A stretch of DNA of 64,000 bases from Albugo candida (taxonomy: Eukaryota): positions 124,001 to 188,000 of the forward strand of contig JBDOQK010000059.1 of assembly GCA_040437565.1 (NCBI GenBank). The letters are read 5' to 3'. The translations under genes were made by a program, and so were the position numbers. The number at the start of each line of letters is the position of its first letter. Position 1 is the first letter of the stretch. Under the pieces are notes generated by a model. It did no database searches. It was not told the DNA's origin and saw only the letters and a program-made list of their open reading frames with translations. This document shows positions 38,638 through 50,025 of the stretch, in pieces.

Positions 38638-39125
38638 GGGAACCTTTAGAATCCCCTCAGTGGGTTTCGAAAAATCCCCTCAGTTTGATATGATTGGCTA
38701 ACGTTCGAGACGCTTCAATTGATTTGCTAAATCCCTAGACTGAGAATTTAACCATATCGACTACGCAAGATGCTATCATTTTCACCAAGAAACCATCTTT
38801 AAAGACCAAAGTTATGAAACATTAGGTTCTTATGTCACGGATGACCCGTACACAGTGAAATATTAGAACTCAGCTGAAAGAATAGACCATTTTTGTTATC
38901 AACAAGCGCGATCTGCGAAATAGTCTAACAGCAATGAGCTACACGAACAAACGCGAAGGCTTACTGAGCTGAATGACTGCAAAACTGAGCGCACAAGAGT
39001 TCACGTCGTTAAGTAGCGGGCAGTTTTTTTTGCTATCATTTTGTCCCTTACCTAATCGTACGTTAGCGCTATGCAAGCATAAAATTAGCCAATCATATCA
39101 AACTGAGGGGATTTTAACGGTTTCC
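38638..39125. mobile_element. 488-bp non-autonomous DNA transposon (MITE), Merlin-like termini
   Basis: Exact 8-bp direct repeat TACATTTA at 38630-38637 and 39126-39133. Termini are GGGAACC...GGTTTCC. A perfect 31-bp inverted repeat lies at 38671-38701 / 39085-39115. Confidence 0.85.
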
Positions 39126-39319
39126 TACATTTATAGAACTATGATGCGGTAAAGTAATTTGTAATGACTTCACAGAAATTGCGGAAAAACAAGCGTACTT
39201 TCTCTCGCAGTAATGCACAGGCCAAAACAAAGCTACAGCTGGTTTCGATCTATGCCTCAACAAGAAAAACTAAATTGGTTCATAATTGAATATCCTTTAC
39301 AAAAAATCATCTCAAACAA

Positions 39320-39736
39320 ATGAAGCTTTACGGGTTATTTGGTGCATTATTGTTCACGTCCTATGGGTGTTTGGCTCAACAGACATACGATTTTAAGCCT
39401 TATACGAAACAGGATGATAAAACGTATTTACTGAAGAACATTCTGGAAGATCCGATCCCTTGCAGTCTAAGCGGTGTGTGTAAGACATACCTAGTCTCCG
39501 TTAATGACTTTTACGCGTGTTACGATAATGTGGAGGAAATAAGCTACGACAGCCCGACATCAACGTTTCAGTTCATTGCCTATGGATCAATATATGCAAC
39601 CAAAGAAGAAGCTGGTCAATGTAATGGATCTACTAAACATAAACCGGATAGAAACATGGAGCAGCTGACTGTTTTGATCCAAGACTCAGAGTCTAATCCG
39701 AGATTAATATCTCTGGAAATGGCCACATCATTGTAG
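39320..39736 (+). CDS. Small secreted protein (138 aa), candidate effector
   Basis: Signal peptide MKLYGLFGALLFTSYGCLA; four Cys in the mature part; no recognised domain. Confidence 0.7.
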   Translation: MKLYGLFGALLFTSYGCLAQQTYDFKPYTKQDDKTYLLKNILEDPIPCSLSGVCKTYLVSVNDFYACYDNVEEISYDSPTSTFQFIAYGSIYATKEEAGQCNGSTKHKPDRNMEQLTVLIQDSESNPRLISLEMATSL

Positions 39737-40074
39737 AATTGACTTCAGGTGATGCATGCGTGCTTTAATTGTCGATCCAAATACATGTCCATTTTGCAGC
39801 TATATTTTGCATAAAACGCATTTTAAACTCGTTCCCTATCCATCCTATCGATTCGTCTTAGTCGATAACGCTGACATGATGCAACCTAGCGTGACTATAG
39901 CTGAGAATACAATTTACAACATCAAGGGCTTTATGACTTTTCATTTAAAAGGCAGCACGTCGAGCTTTCTGACAAATGCTTTCCTGTTTGAAAAACGGAC
40001 CCAAATATTCTCTACTGACGATATTGCTCTCTAGACCACCACTTAACATAAAATCCTCACCCGGATGGGTATAT

Positions 40075-40917
40075 TTATAATGTTCTTTGAATTGCATCAA
40101 GCCATTCAATTGTTTCATCGAGTGTATCAGTGTAAAAATAAACATCTTTATCACGTTCCAATTTCACATGTAATGCATTCTCGTGACCAATCCAAAATGT
40201 CACCGATACTGCATAGTCAATTTGTGAATGTTTATACCGACTACGCCCACTGGGATGCTTTTCAAAGTATATTTGGCAATCAATCAACCTCAGATACCGA
40301 CGTCGCCATGTCTTGAAGACGGAACTGCGGACATAAACCCAGCCTCCCCTACTGCCAAAACCAGATGATCGATCTTGTATTGTGCAAACTGTGCTGTTGC
40401 ATGACTCTAGACGAAATGTCTCCTCTGAATAGCTACTCGAATGATCAGAATGGGTGGGATACTGATCACACTGTTTACAGGCATCTTGTAATGCTACGAG
40501 CCATTGCTCGCGTGAAGCCAAGTCACCAGCTTGGAGTTGTAGATGCTTATCACTCATACCAATGACTTCCAAACCGAACTCGGTCCTTTTCGAAATTTGG
40601 GCATATTTGACACGTACCCCAGCTTCGGCCGTAACATCTAGCAGACGCGCACCTAACTGAACAGAGTCGATTACACAGGGTCTGGTGTAGTACGATAAAG
40701 TTGTCCCACGCAGCACGAAAAATCGTTGCACCCATTTTTTCGTTCCTACAGTCTGTTTCCATAACCAACCGCTGTATACCAGAGAATGCAAAGGACGAAC
40801 AAACGTTATGCAAGTGGATTCTCTCAGAGACTTTCGCCCACAATAGTGATGGAAGAAGCCGTTATCCCCACGATTCCCACCGCATACGCAATGCTTGGTG
40901 CGAGTGCTGGAAGCCAT
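40075..40917 (-). CDS. Tandem PH-domain protein
   Basis: First PH: YSGWLWKQ..KKWVQRFFVL..REQWLVAL. Second PH: GGWVYV..TWRRRYLRL..EWLDAI. Confidence 0.85.
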   Translation of the reverse strand: MASSTRTKHCVCGGNRGDNGFFHHYCGRKSLRESTCITFVRPLHSLVYSGWLWKQTVGTKKWVQRFFVLRGTTLSYYTRPCVIDSVQLGARLLDVTAEAGVRVKYAQISKRTEFGLEVIGMSDKHLQLQAGDLASREQWLVALQDACKQCDQYPTHSDHSSSYSEETFRLESCNSTVCTIQDRSSGFGSRGGWVYVRSSVFKTWRRRYLRLIDCQIYFEKHPSGRSRYKHSQIDYAVSVTFWIGHENALHVKLERDKDVYFYTDTLDETIEWLDAIQRTL

Positions 40918-41460
40918 AAGTGGCTTCTGATGATATTTTTCCTAACACAATCGCCTGTTTAATCACTCGAAACGTTGCTCTGTAATCGATCTCAAGCACG
41001 AGGCGATTGATATGTCATTCCGGTGGAGACTTTTTTTTCGGGTAAATTCTGGGAATCCACTTCAATTTTCTCAGTGGTACCTTTCGCTATTGCTGTCTCA
41101 GATGGTCGAACCCGAATAGCGACAATAATATGACAACGTTCACACATTCTACACGTAGAGATAGTTTTCTCGTGGCCAGAAGGGTTTGGAAGAATTCAGT
41201 TTCTACAATTTGTAATCTCTGCAGTAAAGATATCGATTGACAATCTAGTGGTGCGATACTTAACGCAGTAGCATTTGGTGGCTTACTCTACTGTCACAGC
41301 AAACTTAAGCTGTGTGTAACACTGACAAGCAAGAATAATAGCAGGCAAAAGGTTCGTGACTCTATAGACTGTGAAATTTGTTGTGTACATCATTATTACA
41401 CTGTGGGGAAAAGTCATTTTAGGTTGCAATTCACTGACTGGATAATTCGTACGATACTGC

Positions 41461-42965
41461 TCACAATAGTAATGTCTCTCTCGCTTCATCCTTACCGCCT
41501 TGAAAAAAACGCCATACAATGTACACTGCAGATACGACTAGATTGAACAATCCACAAAGCATCCACACACGTGAGCTTTGTGCTATCAATACACCCAAAA
41601 GCACAATGACTTTTGGAATTGTGATAGTCCAGGCTCCTTTATTGCCAAATGGAACCGTAAAGGGTCGTGGTGTATCGGGCTCCACATACTTGAGTCGAAG
41701 ATACGCGCAAAATTCCAGCAAAAGTGTGAGACTACAAAACACTCATAAGCTTCTTCTATACACTTGACAAGTGCGTGTACTTACTTGTTGAAGAACGTGT
41801 CGAGAACGACTAATGCTTCAAAAGAGAAACTCATAAGCACTGCAGTTGTGATTGTTTGGAAAAGGATAGCAGCCACTGGCGTCCCGTATCGCGTCCATTC
41901 AAGTCGTAGGATAGACGGTAGCATTCTGTAGTTTGCTGTAGCCCATAATGCGCGTGAACTGCAAGCCATGACAACATTGAATTCTCCGAGTGTTGCTACC
42001 ACGGCCGATGCACCAATCCATACGCCCAACCAAGGCGCAATTTGCATCCCAAATGTTTCTAAAGAACCTTCTCGCCACTTTGTGATATCGGGCTCCACCA
42101 TGATTCCAGTTGCTACTGGGAAGGCGTAATTGGCTGTAATCAAGCACAAGGCGATGAGAATGCCCATAGGATAGGCTTTGCCTCCATCACGAACCTCGCC
42201 TGCAATACACCCCAGCGAGTCCCAACCTTGATAGTTCCACAAAATCGTCGACAAAAATACAGACCAGTTGATTTCACTGGCTACCGATCCCCACGCGGTC
42301 ATGTCGAAATCAGCCAGTGATACTGGCTCTAATAGAAATGGTGCGAGCACGAAGATAGACATGACGATAGAAGTAAATCCTACCACCTGCATGCCCACCA
42401 GATTCACCCCGCAAACAAGCAATAGAGCAAATACTTTTATCAGCCATTGTTCCGAGCTTGATAATGAGTACTTGTATGCTCCTAAGACAAATGCCTCCAC
42501 ATAACTACAGAAAAGGACTGGATACGTCGGAAGGTCGCACACATTACTCGCGATGGAGTTGAATGCATTTACCCAGCCTGCATACTCACCCAGGCCACGT
42601 CGAACCCATAGAACGTATCCCCCATTTTCATCAATCATGGTACTCAGTTCTGCTGTCATTAGAGCTTGTGGTAATCCCCATGTGATTGGAAGAATCAGCA
42701 CAGCGATGAGGACTGGAAAAGCGCCTGCGGCTCGTACAGCATTTTCCACACCGAATGGACCAGCGGCAACAGCAAAAAAAGCGATAAAACCTAGCGTGAT
42801 GGGAGTTATGGATCGCTTCGATTGTGATTTTGAACGATAACGTTTCTGACAAGCATTTGAGGGATCTTCACTTGACTTGCCATTTTTTTCGGGATATGCT
42901 TTACTTGGTGTACATACGAGTGCACTGTGATTGCATGATGTACCGAAAGGATTTTGACTCTTCAT
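41461..42965 (-). CDS. APC-superfamily amino acid/polyamine transporter (PUT/RMV1-like)
   Basis: Contains GPFGVENAV, NGGYVLWV, WNYQGWD, SSRAL and RPFTVP, with many TM helices; intron 41784-41732. Confidence 0.9.
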
Positions 42966-43178
42966 CTTATTATTGTCGTTAATATATCTTCTTATGTCGT
43001 AGTCAGTAAGTTATGCACAGCAAAAGTTTTGTCGCAGTTGATCGTTCTTATCGGTTCGCATTCGATCGTGACTTTATATACAAATTACATTCCTAACCAG
43101 CGATTATGAGTGGCTCACGAGTGTATTAATTTATCTATCGAATACATTTCAAGAACGATGTTCCATTGCAAAATGATA

Positions 43179-44099
43179 TTATGATTCCTCGAGCGAAACC
43201 AACGTTTCCGGCAGAGGTACAATTGAATTTGCAGCGTGTTTGGCCGCAGTGATAGATGGACCTTTTATTGGGAAAGACAGCTGTGATAATGTATCAACAG
43301 TTGATCCGTAGGGAGCTGCCTCCAAAGTTGTGTTGACATTGACTGGTGACGATGTCTTCCTACTCACTTCCGATACGTTTCTCGCAGAAAGCATCGAAGT
43401 GTCTTGAGTCTGGTGAGAGGCTCCTGTACAGGAAGCATCCTTTATGCCGAAATGGTCTCCAGGAGTTGCAGAGGAGACGCGAACTGAAGTGCTGATTGCA
43501 GGCGTGTAACAGCGCTCTTGGATCCATCGCACGATTTGAGGCACATTTTCTCCACTAGCGGCACTCACTTTGATAGCTGCTGATGTCTGTATGAATTCTG
43601 ACTGACCAAGAATTATGTTGAGCAGCAAATACGAGTCCAGTATATTGTCAGGGATCAATTGAATGGAATCTAATTTATTGAGCACAATCATTTTATGTTT
43701 TTGCCTCATTTCTGAGTCGCTGAGAATGTTAAATAACTCGGATGCTGCACCGGGAAGCTGAGAAGGATTCGTGAGGTCAACTATGTAGATCCAAAAGTCA
43801 CAGGAGCGAAAGTAAAGATGCCACTTGGAGCTCAATTCTCCACCAATTTCACACAATGTCACTGTTCTGCTATTATCACACTGGAGCACTTGATGTTCAA
43901 CACCAATTGTCGGCTGTGTTTCTACATCGATCGAGTCCAGTTTTCCGCCCTGTGCGTAATTTGCATTAGAAGAGGGTAGTGCCGATAGTAAGCGACGAAA
44001 TGCGCTTTTATGCTGTTTTTGTCGCGATAGAAGGCTACATTGGCGTATTAGAACGGACTTGCCGACTCCATTCAAGCCCAAAATGAGACACGTTTTCAT
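43179..44099 (-). CDS. ARL16: ARF-like small GTPase, ARL16-like, with Ser/Thr-rich C-terminal extension
   Basis: GLNGVGKS, PTIG, EIGG (ARL16-type G3 variant), NKLD, VSA. Confidence 0.75.
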   Translation of the reverse strand: MKTCLILGLNGVGKSVLIRQCSLLSRQKQHKSAFRRLLSALPSSNANYAQGGKLDSIDVETQPTIGVEHQVLQCDNSRTVTLCEIGGELSSKWHLYFRSCDFWIYIVDLTNPSQLPGAASELFNILSDSEMRQKHKMIVLNKLDSIQLIPDNILDSYLLLNIILGQSEFIQTSAAIKVSAASGENVPQIVRWIQERCYTPAISTSVRVSSATPGDHFGIKDASCTGASHQTQDTSMLSARNVSEVSRKTSSPVNVNTTLEAAPYGSTVDTLSQLSFPIKGPSITAAKHAANSIVPLPETLVSLEES

Positions 44100-44524
44100 A
44101 CTAAAACACTTTCAGTGGACGACTCTGCAAAAGATTGTAACGTTACAAGGAAACGACTTGTAGTACACGCATTGTCAGTCGGAATTTATAGAAAGCAGCC
44201 CGCCTGTGTCTGATTATCGTCATGATTATAGTATAGTGCGAAAGGCACAAGTGCGTACTGATTTATTGACTCTTAGAAGTGATAAGACTGTGCCCGTAAT
44301 GGAATGCAATTCTAGGTGATACTGTACGATAACTTAAGTACGAATAAGACGTTTTTCGTGATTATGCTTTCCTAGAGAATATTTAGTTCCACGGTACTTG
44401 TGANNNNNNNNNNNNNNNNNNNNNNNNNNNNNNNNNNNNNNNNNNNNNNNNNNNNNNNNNNNNNNNNNNNNNNNNNNNNNNNNNNNNNNNNNNNNNNNNN
44501 NNNAGTTCCACGGTACTTGTGACC

Positions 44525-45784
44525 ATGAAGGCACTGATATTGGTCGGAGGATTTGGAACACGTTTGCGTCCACTAACGCTCTCATGCCCGAAACCTTTGG
44601 TGGAATTCTGCAATAAATCAGTTGTAGTTCACCAGATTGAAGCCCTTGTGGCTGTTGGCGTTACGGAAGTAGTTTTAGCCGTAAATTATCAGCCACAAGT
44701 GATGCTGCAAGCACTCTCTACAATGGAAGAAAAATACCACATCAAAATATCATGTTCACACGAATCAGAACCATTGGGAACAGCTGGTCCGCTGGCTCTC
44801 GCAAGGGATCTTTTAGATGATGGAGATCCATTCTTCGTTTTGAATAGCGATGTAATCTGTGAATACCCGCTGGAGGCCTTTTTAAGATTTCATCAAAGTC
44901 ACTCAGGAGAAGGCACGATCATGGTCACTCGAGTCGAGGAACCTTCCAAATATGGTGTAATCGTATCGGATGGAGACGGTCAGATTGAGAAGTTTATGGA
45001 GAAACCCCAAGAGTATGTCGGCAATCAGATCAATGCTGGTATCTATATATTTGATCGTACAATTTTAGATCGAATTCAGGTTTTTTTTACTATTTTTTTG
45101 GCATAAGCTTCCATTGCTTTATATTTGATTGATAGCTTCGACCAACATCAATTGAAAAGGAAGTTTTTCCCCAGATGGCCGCCGAAGGAAACCTATTTTC
45201 TATGCTGATGCCTGGCTATTGGATGGACATCGGTCAGCCGAAAGATTTCTTATCTGGAATGTGCTTGCATCTGGATTATTTACAGCGCATTAGCTCACAT
45301 GAGCTCACGAGTGGACCCAGATTCATTGGTAATGTTCTTGTGGTACGTATGTATCGTATGCAGATATTGATCGTCAAACCTTAACATGCATCCAACACGA
45401 AATAGGATCCCAGTGCTGTTGTCGGTGAAGCTTGCCTTATTGGACCGGATGTTGTCATCGGACCAAATTGCGTTATAGAAGATGGTGTGCGATTGTGCCG
45501 CACAACACTTTTACGAGGCGTCACAGTACGTGCCAATTCTTGGATTCATTCAACAATCGTCGGCTGGGGCTCCACAATTGGTCGATGGGTACGATCGCAT
45601 TATTGGAAGACGTACTCGCTTTTTCTGACTCAATCGTTCTTCTTCACAGTGTCGTCTGGAAGGAATTACCGTTGTGGGTGAAGATGTTCAGGTGAAAGAT
45701 GAAAAATTCATCAACGGAGGTCTCATTTTACCGCACAAAGCCATTTCCACCAACATTCCGGAGCCAGGGACCATAGTAATGTAG
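44525..45784 (+). CDS. GMPPB: Mannose-1-phosphate guanylyltransferase (GDP-mannose pyrophosphorylase), 4 exons
   Basis: Contains [36 protein letters not shown] and ILPHK. Introns at 45080-45135, 45343-45405 and 45589-45649. Confidence 0.95.
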
Positions 45785-45860
45785 ATAATCACATAATTTG
45801 TTACTTCATCCTATTATAAGTTTCTAATAAGAGCCACACTACTTGCGCGCTAGTCAAACA

Positions 45861-47914
45861 ATGTCTAGCGCACGGAAATCCGTAAAGGGAGTCGAAAATA
45901 AAGGTGGTTTGACTGGTCGGCGCAAGCGCCAGGAGACTCTTCTGGGTATACGTAAAGCGAAAAAAGAAGACGTCTACGCGACAAGACGAAATTTGAAGGC
46001 AAATCGACCGAAAGGCACCATCGACGAAGAGAACAATGCTGTGAATCCAACCGGATCGGACGCAAATTCGAAGAAAGATCTGCTTGACAACATCGCTGCT
46101 CGGTCTCAATCCTTGCTCATCGGTACTACAGCTACTTACAATGATGAATTTTCGTTGTAACGCTGCTATACGTGTCACCAGGAATCCAGCATGCAGATCC
46201 AGTGACGCGTCAGAAATCCGTCAGAGGGTTTGTGTACCTCTTATCAAGTGGTGTTCCTTCTTTGTTTGATGAATCGGACTCGCAACATTCCGGACTTTGG
46301 AACACTATTTTGACAGCATTACCGTGGTTTCTTCAGGTACTTAATGAACCTATCCAAAATACAAGGTCGCTGGAAATTCACTCGGATGCGGCATTTGCGC
46401 TGCGATTTATTTCGTCAATGGAAAAAGCGACGTTTGTCATTCAAGCAGGCGCCGTTCCCCGACTGGTGCAATTGTTTCAATCAGGTATATCCGATCTGCA
46501 GATTCAAGCAGCTTGGTGCCTTGGGAATATCGCTTCAGAATCGTCTCAATGCTGTACGGAGGTAATTCAGCAGTTTCCTCCGTCACTCGTACTACCCCAT
46601 ATACAAATGGCTACACCCTCACTTCGAAGAGCTGCAGTGTGGTTACTGCGAAGTTTGATTGAGTACCCCGATGTACTAGAAAAACATAATGCATTGAGCA
46701 ATACCGTCAAAAAGGAGATTGTGAATGTCATATGTAATGTGATCCTTCATTTAGCTCGAGATAAAATCAATGCGGTAAAACAAAGCAGCTTGCAAGGGCA
46801 AAGCGCAGCATCAGTTGTCGCGCCAGCTTTGATCTCTCCTTGGCGGCTATTCGAAATATCGACTGGGAAGCCATCTCCAAATGACGTTGCGGTTGTTCGA
46901 TACTTACGACCAGTGGATGAGAGCAGGGTTGAAGTCGTCGATGTCGATGTGAATTTCGAAACTGGAGAAAATATGGTTTTTACCGCCCAGATATCGGATC
47001 TTCGGCCAATGCCGGTGGTTGATGAATCACTGAGTAATGATGGCAATGATTCTGACGAGGAAGATCCTGAACTAACAGAAGAAGTTGTTTTGACACTTTG
47101 CGACAGTTGCTGGTCTCTTGTTGAGCTGACTGTATTTGATCAAGAAATGACCGAAGTTATCGTCGCATCAGGCGTTTGTAATTATATAGTGGAATTATTA
47201 TATATCACCCAAAGCGCTGTGGTAGTATCTCCTGTACTGAGATTATTGGGAAACATCGTTTCTGGTGAATTGAGTTGCTGTCAGGCAGTCATCGATGCAG
47301 GTTTACTATCCGCCATGCCTGTGGTCTTGTCCAACGTAAGTCGATCAGTCAGAGAAGAAGCTTGCTGGATACTCTCAAATATTGCCGGTGGTCAAGAGCA
47401 GCAGGTGACTGCTATGCTACACGCTCCAAATGTCCTCGCCGCGCTGGTAGAACAAATGTCTTGGGCAGAATATCGTGTTCGAAGAGAAGCTACTTGGGCG
47501 CTATGCAACATAATCGTGCAAAGCAGCGCTGATAGCATCCTGGATCTTATCGGACTTGGTGTTTTGCGATCGTTTTGTCCTCTCTTAGATGAGTGGGAGG
47601 ACCCAATGCTAGAAATGGTGATTCTAGAGACTATGGAAAATCTATTGAGCAAAAACCCACACGAAGGACGCGTTGTCTTGGAAGAGAGTGGCTGTCTTGG
47701 AAAATTGGAAGAGCTGTGCTACGATCAAAATCAGGATGTTAGTGCAATGGCTTCTTCACTTATTGACACGTTTTTCAGCTCAGAAAGCAATGATCACGAC
47801 GAAAGTGAGTCGATAGGTCCATCCATCGTGAGTCAAAATGGTTTAAATTCTGAAGGCAGCAGTAAAGCCTTCAATTTTCGGCCAGTGGAGCAGGGAGTTG
47901 AATTCAAATTTTGA
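45861..47914 (+). CDS. Importin-alpha-like ARM-repeat protein (divergent)
   Basis: IBB-like RRKRQETLLGIRKAKKE; ARM motifs AWCLGNIA, ACWILSNIAGG and ATWALCN; C-terminal FKF; intron 46123-46181. Confidence 0.85.
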
Positions 47915-49607
47915 GTTTTTGTCTTTCAGCGAATGATGCAAATTAATTACTTATATAAAAATCTCTTCAAGTGATGAAAGCATAGAAAAGTATCGATTCC
48001 GTTAGAAAAAGTAGAGTCAATTTGCAGTCAAAGATTCCAAAAGTGATGCAATTTATCAATCGCGTCAAATTGGGTAAGCTCTGCGTCTGTCGCCTTTTGT
48101 CAAGTCATGTTGTAATCATGCGTCAAATACAACAGACTTTGCGCATGAGGTGAATATATGATATTCGGTGACGCTACGCTTAACACAGCTCTCTTCAGAC
48201 CAATCGCAAGATCCCACGTCGCAAAGAGAGCACCGTGTAGTGAAGCTTAATGCAAATAAAAACGCTTGTAAATGATAGAAAATATTTGTCAGCCTACGAC
48301 TTGAAGGCTGAATCGAAGACGAATCTTTTCTATTTGAACAAATTTCACGTAAGTGGAATGGAGTTATAATAGTACGAAGACTGTGAAGCGATATATAGTC
48401 CTGTCTTTCAACTACAATCAGATAAACCTCGCTAGATAATGTGACCTAGCATCCAATTTGTGTGTATCATTAAAAAGACTCGCATTGCCTTAAACAGTCG
48501 TACGAATTCAATAAAGGTGTCCGTACCGTATCATTTACTGATAGTTTCAGCAATCGCTTGTACAACAAATGTAGCTCAGAGTAGCGCAGTTCTTGACTAT
48601 CGTCAGGTATTGTAAGCTCCTAATGATTTGCACGTTCGGCTGACTGCATTATAGAGATTAACGTCGAAACCCACGACGTACTGAGCGACTTCTCAAGTTT
48701 GATGATTCGAAGAGGTGATCTCAAGGAGGCAACACGCGATCATCCAAGTCTCACAACACAATTTCAGCATTGATCCAGAACTATTCTTCGAATTATCGTT
48801 TCCGACTTTTTCCAACGACTCGATACCGCGGCGCACGTGTTGCGACGTAGCGCATATCTACAATGTCGGTGCACTGCATCGCCGAGGTGTGCATTACTTT
48901 CCGGTTGATCTCGTTTCTGCGAGGCGTCAAGTGCCCGAATAGTGTTCCAGCCTTCGCTGCCTGTCATCCATGTCTCTGAGGTGGTTGTTCATACCAGGCT
49001 ATATAGGTGTCGTCTAATCCGCTGTACTTAAGCTTTTGTCGACCTTGACATCTCAGACGTTGCTAGTAGCGTTTCGCGGACCACAATTTGTTTAGTAGCA
49101 ACTGATATGAAGTAGTATAAAAATGCATTATCATTCTGAATGAGAATACCACAATTGGGTGTGATAATTCTGCCATGCTCTCACCGCTAAAAAGATGCAA
49201 CAAACATGGACGAATGGGGAACAGACGTGAGCACAGTCTATTACTTGGGAATTTTAAATCTCCTTTACTTGCCTTGCGCTGAGTTTTCTCTGTACCTGAT
49301 AAAAAGCGTGTGCATTCGTTCCCCTTGTTTAAATGATTGATCAAGTTACTTGGAGGATGTCAAATTTCAAAGTGACACTTACACAACGCATTTTCACTAT
49401 AGCAAGCATTGATTGAGCCCACTGATACAAGCGAAAGGTTCTTTTACACCTCATAGCCTTAAAAGTTTATCAGGAGTATTCGATCGCGCATTGGAGACTT
49501 CATGACCTACGAAGTCTATTGAGTTTCTAAAAGCTCTCCGCTCTATGCTGAAAAGCGATATCGATGTCACAAACACACTGAACGTTATTGATATGAATGC
49601 AACTTTC

Positions 49608-50024
49608 TCAAACTATGTGTTGCAGGTCACAGATGCGACAATGATATTTATTGCATTGGATTGATTCACAGCGCCAAAATCGCCAAACGGATTCTCCACA
49701 AATATCACAAATTGAACATTTTTTAAGATAGTCCCAATTCGTGGCACAGTTATGAGAATACCGTCTCAATGTGTCTATGACTCCATGAGAGGCGGAATCA
49801 CACTGTCGGGATCGACGAGTTGCTCTGTGTCACTCCATCAATAGTTACGATTGCCTTCATGGGGAACTCCTTCACGTACAACATAACAATGGAAGCTTAG
49901 TAAATAATGACCATGCTGATACTGGTGTAGGGTCATTGGGAGATCGGATCACTAACAGCAGCTCATGGATGAAGCAGAAGTGACTACTACATGTGTTGCA
50001 TCCCTCGGATTTTGTGGGCGACAT
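49608..50024 (-). CDS. Putative small Cys/His-rich (zinc-binding) protein; tentative 3-exon model
   Basis: Last exon 49802-49608 reads ...KKCSICDICGESVWRFWRCESIQCNKYHCRICDLQHIV*. Upstream exons can be joined by 53- and 46-nt GT-AG introns. Confidence 0.35.
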
Positions 50025-50025
50025 T

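Noticed and set aside
45343-45405. CCTTAAC in GMPP intron 2 suggesting a second U12 intron
   Set aside because: The donor is GTACGT (U2-type), not RTATCCTT.
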